DNA of 64,000 bases from Candidatus Magasanikiibacteriota bacterium (GCA_041674805.1 JBAYVA010000001.1:326612-390611), one strand, 5' to 3'; counted from the stretch's first letter, positions 40,086 through 49,339 are shown. A program made the numbers and translations. Notes: generated from the letters alone by a model not told the origin.

Positions 40086-41075
40086 CTATTTCTTCATATT
40101 GAGCAAAGTCGTAACCAAACTTGTCATTTGATCCTTTTTGCTTGGATGACTCTCCGCAATAAGCAAAGTAAGAGCTGTCAACGCACTTGGATTGATATTT
40201 ACTCTTCCTTTTATCTTAGCTTTACGTAAAAACCAAACAAAAGCAAAAGCTCCACTACGCTTATTGCCGTCGGTAAAAGGATGATTTTTGACCATAAAAT
40301 ATAATAGATGAGATGCCTTTTCTTCAGCTGTCTTATACAAAGAATTACCACCAAAAGACTGCATCACATTACCAACAATACCTTCTACACTAGCCACATT
40401 TTTTTCTTGAGCAAATAACTCTGAGGCTTCACCTTTTTTGATAAGTTCTTGACGAAGTTTGGAGATAGCCTCTGTCAATTCTTGACTTGTCAATTTTACT
40501 GCTTTTCTACTGCTTCCAATCTTATTTAATTTGTCTTTGTCATAAGCGTCCAGTGCCACCCAAGTACTAGCAAATTCTTTTATTAAATCCAAAACCATTT
40601 TTGGATCAAGAGCTACATGTTCTGGCAATAAATTTTGGATACTATTTACAGTCTTCAAAAAAGAATTGTAATTTTTTACAATCTGTTTGCGATTGATAGT
40701 ATAACCTTTTGTTATATGTTCTTTTAAAATATTTGTTGCCCACTTACGAAAATTAGTTGCTGTTTTAGAATTTACTCTGTAGCCAACTGAAATTATAGCA
40801 TCTAAATTATAATATTCTATATTACGTCTAATCTGACGATTTCCTTCTAATTGAACTGTTGCATTTTTTGCAACAGTTGACTTTTTATCTAACTCTTTTT
40901 CTTTGTATATTTTACTCAAATGACGTGAAATAACAGATTTATCACGTTCAAAAACAGTAGCTATTTGATCTAAATTTGCCCAAATTGTATCATTTGAAAA
41001 ATCATTGCGTAATTCAATAGAACCATCTTTTGCTTGATAAATTACAACATCATTTTTTAATTTTTTGTTTTTCAT
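40086..41075 (-). CDS. RhuM family protein fused to a Doc-type Fic domain
   Basis: TIWANLDQIA.VF..DKSVISRHL, YYNLDAIISVGYRVNS; C-terminal HPFTDGNKRSG. Confidence 0.88.
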   Translation of the reverse strand: MKNKKLKNDVVIYQAKDGSIELRNDFSNDTIWANLDQIATVFERDKSVISRHLSKIYKEKELDKKSTVAKNATVQLEGNRQIRRNIEYYNLDAIISVGYRVNSKTATNFRKWATNILKEHITKGYTINRKQIVKNYNSFLKTVNSIQNLLPEHVALDPKMVLDLIKEFASTWVALDAYDKDKLNKIGSSRKAVKLTSQELTEAISKLRQELIKKGEASELFAQEKNVASVEGIVGNVMQSFGGNSLYKTAEEKASHLLYFMVKNHPFTDGNKRSGAFAFVWFLRKAKIKGRVNINPSALTALTLLIAESHPSKKDQMTSLVTTLLNMKK

Positions 41076-41121
41076 AAATTTGTAAATTATTTTATATATA
41101 AACTATAGCAAAATTTAGTAA

Positions 41122-41204
41122 TTTTGTAAAAAACAAAAAACCACCTTTTTCAGATGATTTTTTGAAAAAAATTTTCAACCGGTGACAAATTGTCACCAAC
41201 TCAC
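41122..41204. repeat. Direct repeat copy 2
   Basis: TTTTGTAAA...AAAAAACCACCTTTTT..GATGATTTTT...GGTGACAAATTGTCACCAACTCAC. Confidence 0.75.
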
Positions 41205-41218
41205 TTATTTTTAATTCC

Positions 41219-43345
41219 CTACTTCCTCCTTACCAAGGAGTACCACCATAACAAAAAAATACTAAGCAAAATTTCTAATACTAACAAACTATAAAAAACA
41301 AATTTCAAATTACTTTTGTCAGGCTGAAACCAAGCGATATCCACTTTGCTATACTTCTCTATATTCATTTTTACATCATAAAAACTAACATCCTTTTCTC
41401 CTCTTAGCCAACGAAACCAAGTCTGTTCAGAATAGACCAACAACGATTCTTCTTTGGTGAAATAGCTAGAAAATAATTGATGATTGACTTGTATATGTCC
41501 GAGTTGTGGTACAAAACGCATATTTTGCAAAGTATCCAAATTGGCTTCTCGCAAGATATCCAATTGTTTGCCATAATAATAACTAGCTCCCAAAAACTGA
41601 ACATAAAAAGAAAAAACAAACAAAAATAAAAATACTATTTTTTTGCTAACTGACATGACCTTTTCTTCAAAAAAATAAATCAAAGGAAGATGCAATAATA
41701 CCATAATAGCGACCAGCTTCCTCACAGACCAAGTCTCATCTGTCCAATAACTAAAAGGAGCAGTAATCAGCAAAAGCAATAAAAAAGACACCAAGAGAAA
41801 AACAGCCGTTTCTTTTTGTTCACGCCAAAATCTTTTCCAGACAAACAAAGTCAAAATAAGCCAAGGACTAAACAAAAAAATACTTTTGCCTATAGAAAAA
41901 AATATACCATAAAATCCTTCCCACCAAGTCCAAATTTGGAATTCATGACTAAGCGAATACACGCCAGTCCAAGCACCATATACTAAATATTGAGCAAGCA
42001 AGACAGATAAGATAGCTACAAAAGCTGGTAAAAATAATATTATGAAATGCTTCAGATAATCTTTTTTTGTCAAAGATTTGTTTTGTCTATCTACCAAAAA
42101 AACAAACAGTAGCACAGGCAAAGCAAAAATTATGGCATAAGATTTAGCCGTGACAAGTAAAGCAAAAGTTATAGCCACCCACCACAAAGAAACTCTGTTA
42201 TTTTTCCACTTGAGCAACATCAACAATAATAATGTCAAATAAAAAGTTTGTTGGTATTCCATACCCAAATTGCTATAAGGCCAAATAATGGAACCAGTAG
42301 CTATCACCACAGGAAGCAACAAAGACGGATACAACTTTTTGCGCAAATACCAAACTACATAAACTAGCAACCAAACAGTCAAAGCAGAATAAAAAATAGG
42401 TACAATACTCAAAAAAGTAAAATTAGAAAAAGCAAATAATTTAAAAATTAAAATAAAAGGAACATACAAAAACAAAGAAGATATTCCAGCTCTTTTCGCC
42501 GCATATTCACCAGAAAACAATGACATAGCTGAATCAGCTGTTTCTTGTTCATAGCCACCAAAATTCATTTGCCAAGTCAAAGTAAAAAGAAACAAAACAA
42601 AAATAAAAACTAAAAAAGCCTGCAAATGCAACAAAATATTTGGAAAACGAAGACGCAAAAGAGTCCAAATAGCTACGACCCCATCACGCCAATTTATTTT
42701 TTTGCCTTCATCTTTCGATCTTGGATTATACGAAATAGCAATTTCTGGAATCTTGATACCATCTTTGGCTAGATAAGAAGTCACTTCAGGACAAAAAGCA
42801 AAACCCTTTTCACACAGTGGCATGCTTTGCAATTTTTTTGTTGCTATCAGTTTGTAGCAAGTCGCTTCATCTGTCATCTTTTGACCAAACAAAAAATTGG
42901 CAACGTAAGTAACCAATTTGCCACCCCAATAAAAAAAGAAAGTACCACGTTTATTATTTTCTTTATTTCGAGAACCATAAACTACTGGCAAATTTTCATT
43001 TTTAGCGTATTTGTACAATCTTATGATATCATCAGGATCATACTCCAAATCAGCATCTTGTATGATAGTATATTCACCCACAGACTCTTTCAATCCCGTA
43101 TGTATAGCCCCGCCTTTGCCTTGGTTTTTTTCATGCAAAATAACCTTGAAATTTTCCAAATTATTAATTTGTTTTTGGTAATCCAACAAAATATTTATAC
43201 TCTTGTCAGACGAACCATCGTCAACAGCTATTACCTGATACATCAAACCAGATTTTTCTAGTGATACAAACAATTTATCCAAAAGTAGTAGTAGAGTCTT
43301 TTCTTCGTTATATACAGGCACAATTACACTAATATCTATGTTCAT
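41219..43345 (-). CDS. GT2 (DPM1-like) glycosyltransferase fused to a multi-TM GT-C-like domain
   Basis: VPVYNEE, VDDGSSD, NQGKGGA, IQDADLEYDP, followed by about 11 TMs. Confidence 0.8.
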   Translation of the reverse strand: MNIDISVIVPVYNEEKTLLLLLDKLFVSLEKSGLMYQVIAVDDGSSDKSINILLDYQKQINNLENFKVILHEKNQGKGGAIHTGLKESVGEYTIIQDADLEYDPDDIIRLYKYAKNENLPVVYGSRNKENNKRGTFFFYWGGKLVTYVANFLFGQKMTDEATCYKLIATKKLQSMPLCEKGFAFCPEVTSYLAKDGIKIPEIAISYNPRSKDEGKKINWRDGVVAIWTLLRLRFPNILLHLQAFLVFIFVLFLFTLTWQMNFGGYEQETADSAMSLFSGEYAAKRAGISSLFLYVPFILIFKLFAFSNFTFLSIVPIFYSALTVWLLVYVVWYLRKKLYPSLLLPVVIATGSIIWPYSNLGMEYQQTFYLTLLLLMLLKWKNNRVSLWWVAITFALLVTAKSYAIIFALPVLLFVFLVDRQNKSLTKKDYLKHFIILFLPAFVAILSVLLAQYLVYGAWTGVYSLSHEFQIWTWWEGFYGIFFSIGKSIFLFSPWLILTLFVWKRFWREQKETAVFLLVSFLLLLLITAPFSYWTDETWSVRKLVAIMVLLHLPLIYFFEEKVMSVSKKIVFLFLFVFSFYVQFLGASYYYGKQLDILREANLDTLQNMRFVPQLGHIQVNHQLFSSYFTKEESLLVYSEQTWFRWLRGEKDVSFYDVKMNIEKYSKVDIAWFQPDKSNLKFVFYSLLVLEILLSIFLLWWYSLVRRK

Positions 43346-43434
43346 AAAATATGTGTTTAAATAACGCTTACACTTTAACAAAAAAAGCCTTCTTTGTAAA
43401 CAAAAACTACCTTTCTCAGGTAGTTTCTTAATAT

Positions 43435-44403
43435 CTATTTTTTCTTAATCTTCACCACAAAAAACCCTTCAACATACTTGTCCGGCAAAATACGTAAAGA
43501 ACTTGCCAATTCTTTGCTAAATTTCTCCCCTTTCCACTCTCCTAGACTCTTTCCTTTTAATAAACCATTTAGCTCTACTTTTTCAATCTCTACTTCTGCC
43601 CCAAACTTTTCTTTTAGCCAAGCAATTTGCCCTTCATTTTCCTCTGGCGCAAAAGTACAAGTAGAATAGACAAGTGTGCCACCAACTTTCAGACAAGTCC
43701 AAGCCGAAAATAACAATTTCTTTTGTAAAAAAGCATGATCTTTGATATTTTTTTCATTCCAATAACTATAACTGCGTCTGTCAGACAAATCAATTCTCGC
43801 TTCCGCACTACATGGCGCATCAAGCAACACTTTGTCAAAATAATTACTATATTTTTCAAAAATCTTGATTCCATCTTCGTTTACTAGCTCAAACTTCCAA
43901 ACTTCTTTTTCCGCATCTTCTACACCGAGCAACTTCATATTGTGAGCAAGCTTTTCAAAACGAATTTTGTCGAGTTCATTGGCAACTAGCTCACCATCTT
44001 TGCCCATCATCATAGCAATTTGACTGGTCTTACTGCCTGGAGCTGAAGTCAAATCTAATATTTTTTCTCCTGGTTTTGGATCGAGCACCACGACTGGCAC
44101 CATACTAGCTAGACTTTGCAAATATATTTTTCCGTCAGTAAACAAATCTGTTTTCATCAATTCAGACTGACTTTTGTTTTCCAAAATAAAAGCATCAGCA
44201 AACCAAGGCACTCTTTTTACCTTGAAACCTTTTTGTTGCAAAATTTGTAGTACTTCGTCTCTCTTGTTTTTTATGGTATTCACACGAAAAGTAGTCGGAC
44301 GTGCTTTGAAAGTACTGACAATTTTGTCGGCTTCACTGCGGCCAAAAATTTCTTGGAGACGAGTAAGGAATTTTTCAGGTAATTTTGATTGATTTTGGGA
44401 CAT
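43435..44403 (-). CDS. RsmB/RsmF (NOL1/NOP2/Sun) RNA m5C methyltransferase
   Basis: LDLTSAPGSKT, VLLDAPCS, LVYSTCTFAPEENE. Confidence 0.9.
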   Translation of the reverse strand: MSQNQSKLPEKFLTRLQEIFGRSEADKIVSTFKARPTTFRVNTIKNKRDEVLQILQQKGFKVKRVPWFADAFILENKSQSELMKTDLFTDGKIYLQSLASMVPVVVLDPKPGEKILDLTSAPGSKTSQIAMMMGKDGELVANELDKIRFEKLAHNMKLLGVEDAEKEVWKFELVNEDGIKIFEKYSNYFDKVLLDAPCSAEARIDLSDRRSYSYWNEKNIKDHAFLQKKLLFSAWTCLKVGGTLVYSTCTFAPEENEGQIAWLKEKFGAEVEIEKVELNGLLKGKSLGEWKGEKFSKELASSLRILPDKYVEGFFVVKIKKK

Positions 44404-44423
44404 AATAATAAAAAATGACAAAC

Positions 44424-45185
44424 TTATTTTATTAATCCAGAAATTTTATAAAATATTTCACCTTGAATATTAGATTTTTTTACAAATCCAAATTTGCGAG
44501 AATCAAAACTCTCACTTCTATTATCACCCAAAACAAAATATTGATCTTGCTCTAGTTGTATAGAAACATCACCGACAGTATCTCCTTCTACATAAGATTC
44601 ATTCAATATTTGTCCATTTATCATAACTTTGTTATCTTTGATTTCTACTTTTTCTCCAGGAAGACCAATTATTCTTTTAATATGAAATGCTCCTTGTTCT
44701 GCTTTAGATTTGAATACCACGATATCTTCTCTAGCAAAATCCTGATTAATTTTGTCTACCAAAAGATAATCACCACTATTGTATGTAGGACTCATACTTA
44801 CTCCATTAACAAGAAAAGGAGTAAATACATAAAAACGAATAAAACTAACGATAATTATAGTAGAAATTATATTAAATAAAATAAATACTACATATATACT
44901 CAAAGATTTCTTCCAATTACACAAATAATATTTTTTGTAAAAGTAATGAAATACAAAAAATGTGACAACACTTATTAGAATACTATAAGAAAAACCAAGA
45001 CCTATAACATAAAAGATAGCTAAAAGAAATGCATTTACAAGCGCTACGATAAGATGAATTACAAATGACTTTTTATAAGTTAGATTTTCTATTTTGAAAA
45101 GTTTTGAAACTAAAAAAAGAAGACCAGCAAACAAAAAAAATGTAAATGCCAAAACAAATAAAATAAGAAAAATAATAAATTCCAT
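44424..45185 (-). CDS. lepB: Signal peptidase I with extra N-terminal TMs
   Basis: GVSMSPT, IKRIIGLPGE, YFVLGDNR..S.DSR.FG. Confidence 0.9.
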   Translation of the reverse strand: MEFIIFLILFVLAFTFFLFAGLLFLVSKLFKIENLTYKKSFVIHLIVALVNAFLLAIFYVIGLGFSYSILISVVTFFVFHYFYKKYYLCNWKKSLSIYVVFILFNIISTIIIVSFIRFYVFTPFLVNGVSMSPTYNSGDYLLVDKINQDFAREDIVVFKSKAEQGAFHIKRIIGLPGEKVEIKDNKVMINGQILNESYVEGDTVGDVSIQLEQDQYFVLGDNRSESFDSRKFGFVKKSNIQGEIFYKISGLIK

Positions 45186-45219
45186 AGTACTTTATTTAAA
45201 GTGTATGAATAAAAATTAT

Positions 45220-45239
45220 TGGCGGAGAATGAGGGATTC
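45220..45239 (-). repeat. Duplicated 3' end of tRNA-Ser including CCA
   Basis: GAATCCCTCATTCTCCG-CCA is identical to the tRNA 3' end; the intact gene is followed by CTA instead. Confidence 0.85.
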
Positions 45240-45290
45240 TCCGCCCTAGGCGGACCAACCTCGCAAAGCACGCCTTGGGCTGTGGGCTGG
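45240..45290. repeat. 51-bp modular palindromic element
   Basis: TCCGCC-CTA-GGCGGA-CCAACC-TCG-[CAAAGCACGCCTTGGGCTGTG]-GGCTGG. Confidence 0.85.
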
Positions 45291-45306
45291 CAAGGTTCTC
45301 AACTAG

Positions 45307-45393
45307 CGGAGAATGAGGGATTCGAACCCTCGATACGGTTTCCCGTATACCGCCTTTCCAAGGCGGCGCACTCGACCACTATGCGAACTCTCC
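45307..45393 (-). tRNA. tRNA-Ser(GGA)
   Basis: GGAGAGT...ATTCTCC-G; anticodon arm CCGCC-TTGGAAA-GGCGG; long variable arm ATACGG-GAAA-CCGTAT. Confidence 0.95.
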
Positions 45394-45394
45394 A

Positions 45395-45661
45395 TTATTT
45401 ATTATTTTCTTCTAAAAAATTTTTTAACAAATATTTTAATCTTTCACGACCTTGTCCAGTCTTCAAAAACATTTCTTCAGCTTGTGCATCTTTTTTATTT
45501 AAAAATGCTTGATAATAAACCAATTTCCAAGGTCTTCCTTTCTTAGTAAATATTGAACCATCTCCACTATTATGTTCTTTCAATCTATTCTTCAAATCTT
45601 CTGTAAAACCAATATACTTTTTATTTAATTTATGACTATATAATATATAAACATAATACAT
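45395..45661 (-). CDS. Small GIY-YIG nuclease (UPF0213/SLX1-like, 88 aa)
   Basis: YYVYILYS...YIGFT.DL..RL.EHNSG...WKLVYY...A..EE.FLK. Confidence 0.9.
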   Translation of the reverse strand: MYYVYILYSHKLNKKYIGFTEDLKNRLKEHNSGDGSIFTKKGRPWKLVYYQAFLNKKDAQAEEMFLKTGQGRERLKYLLKNFLEENNK

Positions 45662-45690
45662 AATAAAAATATGATTAGTCTAGATAAACA

Positions 45691-45765
45691 ACCACCTTTC
45701 TCCGCCCTAGGCGGACCAGCCTCGGGCTGGCAAGGCGGCGCACTCGACCACTATGCGAACTCTCC
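45691..45765 (-). pseudogene. 5' fragment of tRNA-Ser(GGA) with a 30-bp palindromic element (45701-45730) inserted in the anticodon
   Basis: 45731-45765 is identical to tRNA nt 1-35. It is followed by CCAGCCCGAGGCTGGTCCGCCTAGGGCGGA and then GAAAGGTGGT (the tRNA reads GAAAGGCGGT). Confidence 0.85.
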
Positions 45766-45772
45766 AGGTACT

Positions 45773-45930
45773 AGTTATAAAGTTTATAAAGTTTATAAAG
45801 TTAAAAGTTTATAAAGTACGTGAGAATTTTAACCAATTTAAGCCTTTTTGTCAATCTCAATAAAAAACCCTGAAATATATCAGGGTCAAATTACTTTATA
45901 ACTTTACAAACTTTATGAACTTTACAAACT
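45773..45930. repeat. Inverted arrays of 9-bp AAAGTTTAT-like repeats flanking a terminator
   Basis: agtttataa about 5 times; actttacaa/actttata about 4 times; terminator ACCCTGA..TCAGGGT between them. A related array lies at about 15461-15495. Confidence 0.65.
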
Positions 45931-45933
45931 ACG

Positions 45934-47289
45934 TTACTTTCTAAACTCCTTTATCAAATCTATCGCGCTATCCACATTATCTACTATCTGATAAAGCTCA
46001 TCATCTTCATCCCCTGTTGTTTCAAACTTATGTACAAATATTTTTTTGATAAAAATATGAAGTGGTCCCCAAAATTCATGACCAAAAAGAATAACTGGAA
46101 TACGCTCCATTTTTTTGGTTTGAATAAGAGTCAATACTTCAAACAATTGATGCAAAGTACCAAAACCACCCGGAAAAAAGACAAATGCTTTTGATGGCGC
46201 GGTAATAATCAGCTTGCGAGTAAAAGGAAAATTGAAACTAATCGCTTTTTTGACATAAGCATTATAATTTTCTTTGACACCATGTTTCATATTGATACCA
46301 ATAGAATCACCTCCCATTTCAAAAGCACCTTTGTTGGCAGCTTCCATAATTCCAGTACCACCACCAGTCACAGTAGCAAATTTGTTTTCAGCCAAAGCTC
46401 GACCAAGTTGGTAAGCTGATTCATAATACGGTGAATCTTTTTTCATAGATCTCGTACCAAGCACAGTTACATCTTCAACAAGGCCTGTCAAAAATTCAAA
46501 GCCTTCTACTAGCTCAGCCATGATTTTGAAAATTTTCCAATCCGTACCACCAGTTTCACAACGAAAATTGGTAGGGTCAAGTTCACAAATATTCTCTATA
46601 TCTTTTTGATCTTTGATAAATTCAAAAGCTTCTTCGGCTGTTTCTACTATGTGCCATCTATCTACATCTTTGTTTTTGATAGAACCAAATTTCATAGACT
46701 TTTCTTTTACAAAATCTACCAAAGGTTGCCAAAATTCTTTTCCAACCAAAATTATTGGTGAATGTTGCATATGTCCCAATTCCATCAAATCTACTACTTC
46801 AAAAAATTCATCCATCGTACCAAAACCGCCAGGAAAAAGCACAAAAGCATTGGACGGTGAAATAAGCATTACTTTACGAGTAAAGAAATAATAAAAAGCC
46901 GTCGAACTTTTTACGTAAGGATTGATACGTTGTTCAAAAGGAAGCTGAATATTTATACCAACAGAATCTCCACCTGCTTCAAAAGCTCCTTTGTTGGCAG
47001 CTTCCATAACGCCTGGTCCACCACCTGTCAAAGTCGTGAATCCACCTTTGGCCAACAAAGCACCAAGCTTTTCAGCCACTTGATAATATTTGTTTTCCGG
47101 TTTCAAACGAGCAGAACCCAAGATAGTTACTTCATTTTTCAATGATGACAAAAATTGATAACCTTCAACAAACTCAGACATGATACGAAAAATACGCCAT
47201 GACTCACGAAAATCTCCACTTTCATTCAAAGAATAACTAAAATCTTTTTTGGCGTTTTTTTGAATTTTTTCTATTGTTTCTTTTTTCAT
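45934..47289 (-). CDS. Tandem double LOG/TIGR00730 (Rossmann-fold) protein
   Basis: Two repeats with TGGGPGVMEAAN / TGGGTGIMEAAN and PGGFGTMDE / PGGFGTLHQ. Confidence 0.85.
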   Translation of the reverse strand: MKKETIEKIQKNAKKDFSYSLNESGDFRESWRIFRIMSEFVEGYQFLSSLKNEVTILGSARLKPENKYYQVAEKLGALLAKGGFTTLTGGGPGVMEAANKGAFEAGGDSVGINIQLPFEQRINPYVKSSTAFYYFFTRKVMLISPSNAFVLFPGGFGTMDEFFEVVDLMELGHMQHSPIILVGKEFWQPLVDFVKEKSMKFGSIKNKDVDRWHIVETAEEAFEFIKDQKDIENICELDPTNFRCETGGTDWKIFKIMAELVEGFEFLTGLVEDVTVLGTRSMKKDSPYYESAYQLGRALAENKFATVTGGGTGIMEAANKGAFEMGGDSIGINMKHGVKENYNAYVKKAISFNFPFTRKLIITAPSKAFVFFPGGFGTLHQLFEVLTLIQTKKMERIPVILFGHEFWGPLHIFIKKIFVHKFETTGDEDDELYQIVDNVDSAIDLIKEFRK

Positions 47290-47356
47290 AGAGTTTTCTC
47301 ATCCCGAGCTGGCGAAAGCACAGCGAGGGATCTTTCCTAAATTAAAATATTTTAAA

Positions 47357-48796
47357 TTAGACCCCCTCCACCAAACTCGCAAAATTTAATAATTTTTCTT
47401 CACCAAGTCTTGGTGCGATGATTTGCATACCAACTGGTAGATTTTTGCTATCTTTACCAACAGATATAGAAATACCAGGTAAGCCAGCAACAGCAGAAGG
47501 ACTAACAAAAATATCAGCTAAGTACATCGCCATCACATCGTCTTTTTTGGCACCAATCCCAAAAGCAGTAAAAGGTGAAGTCGGAGTAATAAGTAAATCT
47601 ACTTGAGCAAAAGCTTGATTAAAATCTTCAATAATAAGCGTGCGAACTTTTTGCGCTTTGGAGTAATAAGCATCATAATAACCAGATGACAAACTATAAG
47701 TTCCGACCATGATACGACGCTTCACTTCTTCTGGGAAACCTTCTCCACGTGATTTTGCATAAATATTGTACAAATCTTTGGCTTCTTCTGATCTTACACC
47801 ATAGCGGACACCATCAAGACGACCAAGATTCGAACTGTCTTCACTAGGCACAATAATATAATAAACAGGAATACCATATTTAGTATATGGCAAAGAAACT
47901 TCTTTGAACTCTACTTCCAATTCTGTATGAGCTTTTATTTTTTCAATTTTTTCTTCAACAATTTTTCTAGTTTCTTCATTCATACCATCAATGTTGAAAT
48001 ACTCTTGTGGTAAACCAATAACAAATTTTTCTTTTTTATTTAAATTTTTACTATATTCTGGCACTTCATCTGACACAGTCGTAGCATCTTTTGCATCTAT
48101 TCCAGCTATTACTTCCATAAGTATCGCAATATCTTCCACCGTCTTACCCATCGGTCCAACAGTATCTAGTGAACTAGCCATCGGCATAATACCATAGCGA
48201 GAATTACGACCATAACTAGGACGAAGTCCGACAATTCCACAAAAACTAGCTGGCTGACGAATAGAACCACCAGTATCTTCGGCAATACTAAAAATACACT
48301 GATGATCAGCTACCGCAGCAGCAGAACCACCAGAAGAGCCACCAGCAACTTTGGTCAGATCATGTGGATTGGCGACTGGTCCATACATCGAATTTTCATT
48401 ACTAGCTCCATGTCCAAAAGCATCACAATTATTTTTACCAAGTAGCACTGCACCTTGAGCACGAATTTTGGAAATGACAGTAGCTTCAAAAGGTGGAATA
48501 TAATTATCCAAAATTTTCGCCGATCCAGTAGAACGTAAATCAAGAGTATCAATAGCATCTTTGACCGCAAAAGGAATACCAGTCAATATTTGTTGTTGAC
48601 CATCAGCAATCATCTTATCGGCTTTCGCAGCTTCCGACAAAGCACTTTCTTCAAAAACTGAAATAAACGCATTTATTTCTCCATTACGTTCTTTTATTCT
48701 TTCCAAACAGCTTTTAGTCAATTCAACTGAGGTAAATTCCCCACTCTTCAAACCTTCGTAAGCTTGTTTGATTGTAAGTTCATTCAAATTTTTCAT
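47357..48796 (-). CDS. gatA: Asp/Glu-tRNA amidotransferase subunit A
   Basis: GGSSGGSAAAVA, DTGGSIRQPASFCG, EVKRRIMVG, YDAYY.KAQKVR. Confidence 0.96.
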   Translation of the reverse strand: MKNLNELTIKQAYEGLKSGEFTSVELTKSCLERIKERNGEINAFISVFEESALSEAAKADKMIADGQQQILTGIPFAVKDAIDTLDLRSTGSAKILDNYIPPFEATVISKIRAQGAVLLGKNNCDAFGHGASNENSMYGPVANPHDLTKVAGGSSGGSAAAVADHQCIFSIAEDTGGSIRQPASFCGIVGLRPSYGRNSRYGIMPMASSLDTVGPMGKTVEDIAILMEVIAGIDAKDATTVSDEVPEYSKNLNKKEKFVIGLPQEYFNIDGMNEETRKIVEEKIEKIKAHTELEVEFKEVSLPYTKYGIPVYYIIVPSEDSSNLGRLDGVRYGVRSEEAKDLYNIYAKSRGEGFPEEVKRRIMVGTYSLSSGYYDAYYSKAQKVRTLIIEDFNQAFAQVDLLITPTSPFTAFGIGAKKDDVMAMYLADIFVSPSAVAGLPGISISVGKDSKNLPVGMQIIAPRLGEEKLLNFASLVEGV

Positions 48797-48836
48797 AATA
48801 TAAAAATTTCCGCGTCTATCCGCGTTTGTATCTTAA

Positions 48837-49139
48837 TTATTCCGCGTCTACAAAAACGGCATCCACCTTCAACAAATCACCAGACTTTTTAGGAAAAAGA
48901 TCAATCAATTTTTGTCTCTTTTCTTCAGATGATTCAATGACAATATCTTCACGAACCACATCTTCTAGACCAGTTACTTGGGTAGTTTCTTTGACACCAT
49001 CAGTATTCACTTCGGACAACATATTGATATAACCAAAAACAGCGGACAATTGTTCACTATACATCTCTACTTTTTCCTCCTCTAACTGCAAACGAGCCAA
49101 AGTAGCTATTTGCTGTATTTGTTCTTTATCTAGATTCAT
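48837..49139 (-). CDS. gatC: Asp/Glu-tRNA amidotransferase subunit C
   Basis: IATLARL..., VNTDGV, VVRED; directly upstream of gatA. Confidence 0.9.
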   Translation of the reverse strand: MNLDKEQIQQIATLARLQLEEEKVEMYSEQLSAVFGYINMLSEVNTDGVKETTQVTGLEDVVREDIVIESSEEKRQKLIDLFPKKSGDLLKVDAVFVDAE

Positions 49140-49202
49140 AAATAAGATTTATAATAGAAATATTATAACAAGATGGTATAGATATTGCAAGATAACAAAA
49201 AC

Positions 49203-49231
49203 TTGACTGATTCTGTATAAAATAATATGAT
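49203..49231 (+). promoter_or_regulatory. sigma70 promoter driving a candidate small RNA
   Basis: TTGACT-17 bp-TATGAT; predicted TSS about 49238. Confidence 0.6.
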
Positions 49232-49237
49232 AAATAC

Positions 49238-49310
49238 AGCACGGAGAAAGGTGGTATAATCGACCCCCATCGATTGAGTACCCACTCACCACTTCTCTCC
49301 GTGCCCCCTT
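49238..49310 (+). ncRNA. Candidate GC-rich structured small RNA (three-way junction)
   Basis: 17-bp stem GCACGGAGAAAGGTGGT/ACCACTTCTCTCCGTGC encloses hairpins AATCGA-CCCCCA-TCGATT and GAGT-ACCC-ACTC. Confidence 0.55.
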
Positions 49311-49339
49311 CATATATTGAAAAAAATCTCTAAAAACAA

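Noticed and set aside
45219-45546. Plus-strand ORFs of 97 and 77 aa
   Set aside because: They are antisense readings of tRNA-Ser, its repeats and the GIY-YIG gene.
45691-45765. tRNA-Ser split by a group I intron encoding a GIY-YIG homing endonuclease
   Set aside because: The downstream copy is a complete tRNA rather than a 3' exon, and there is no space for an intron core.
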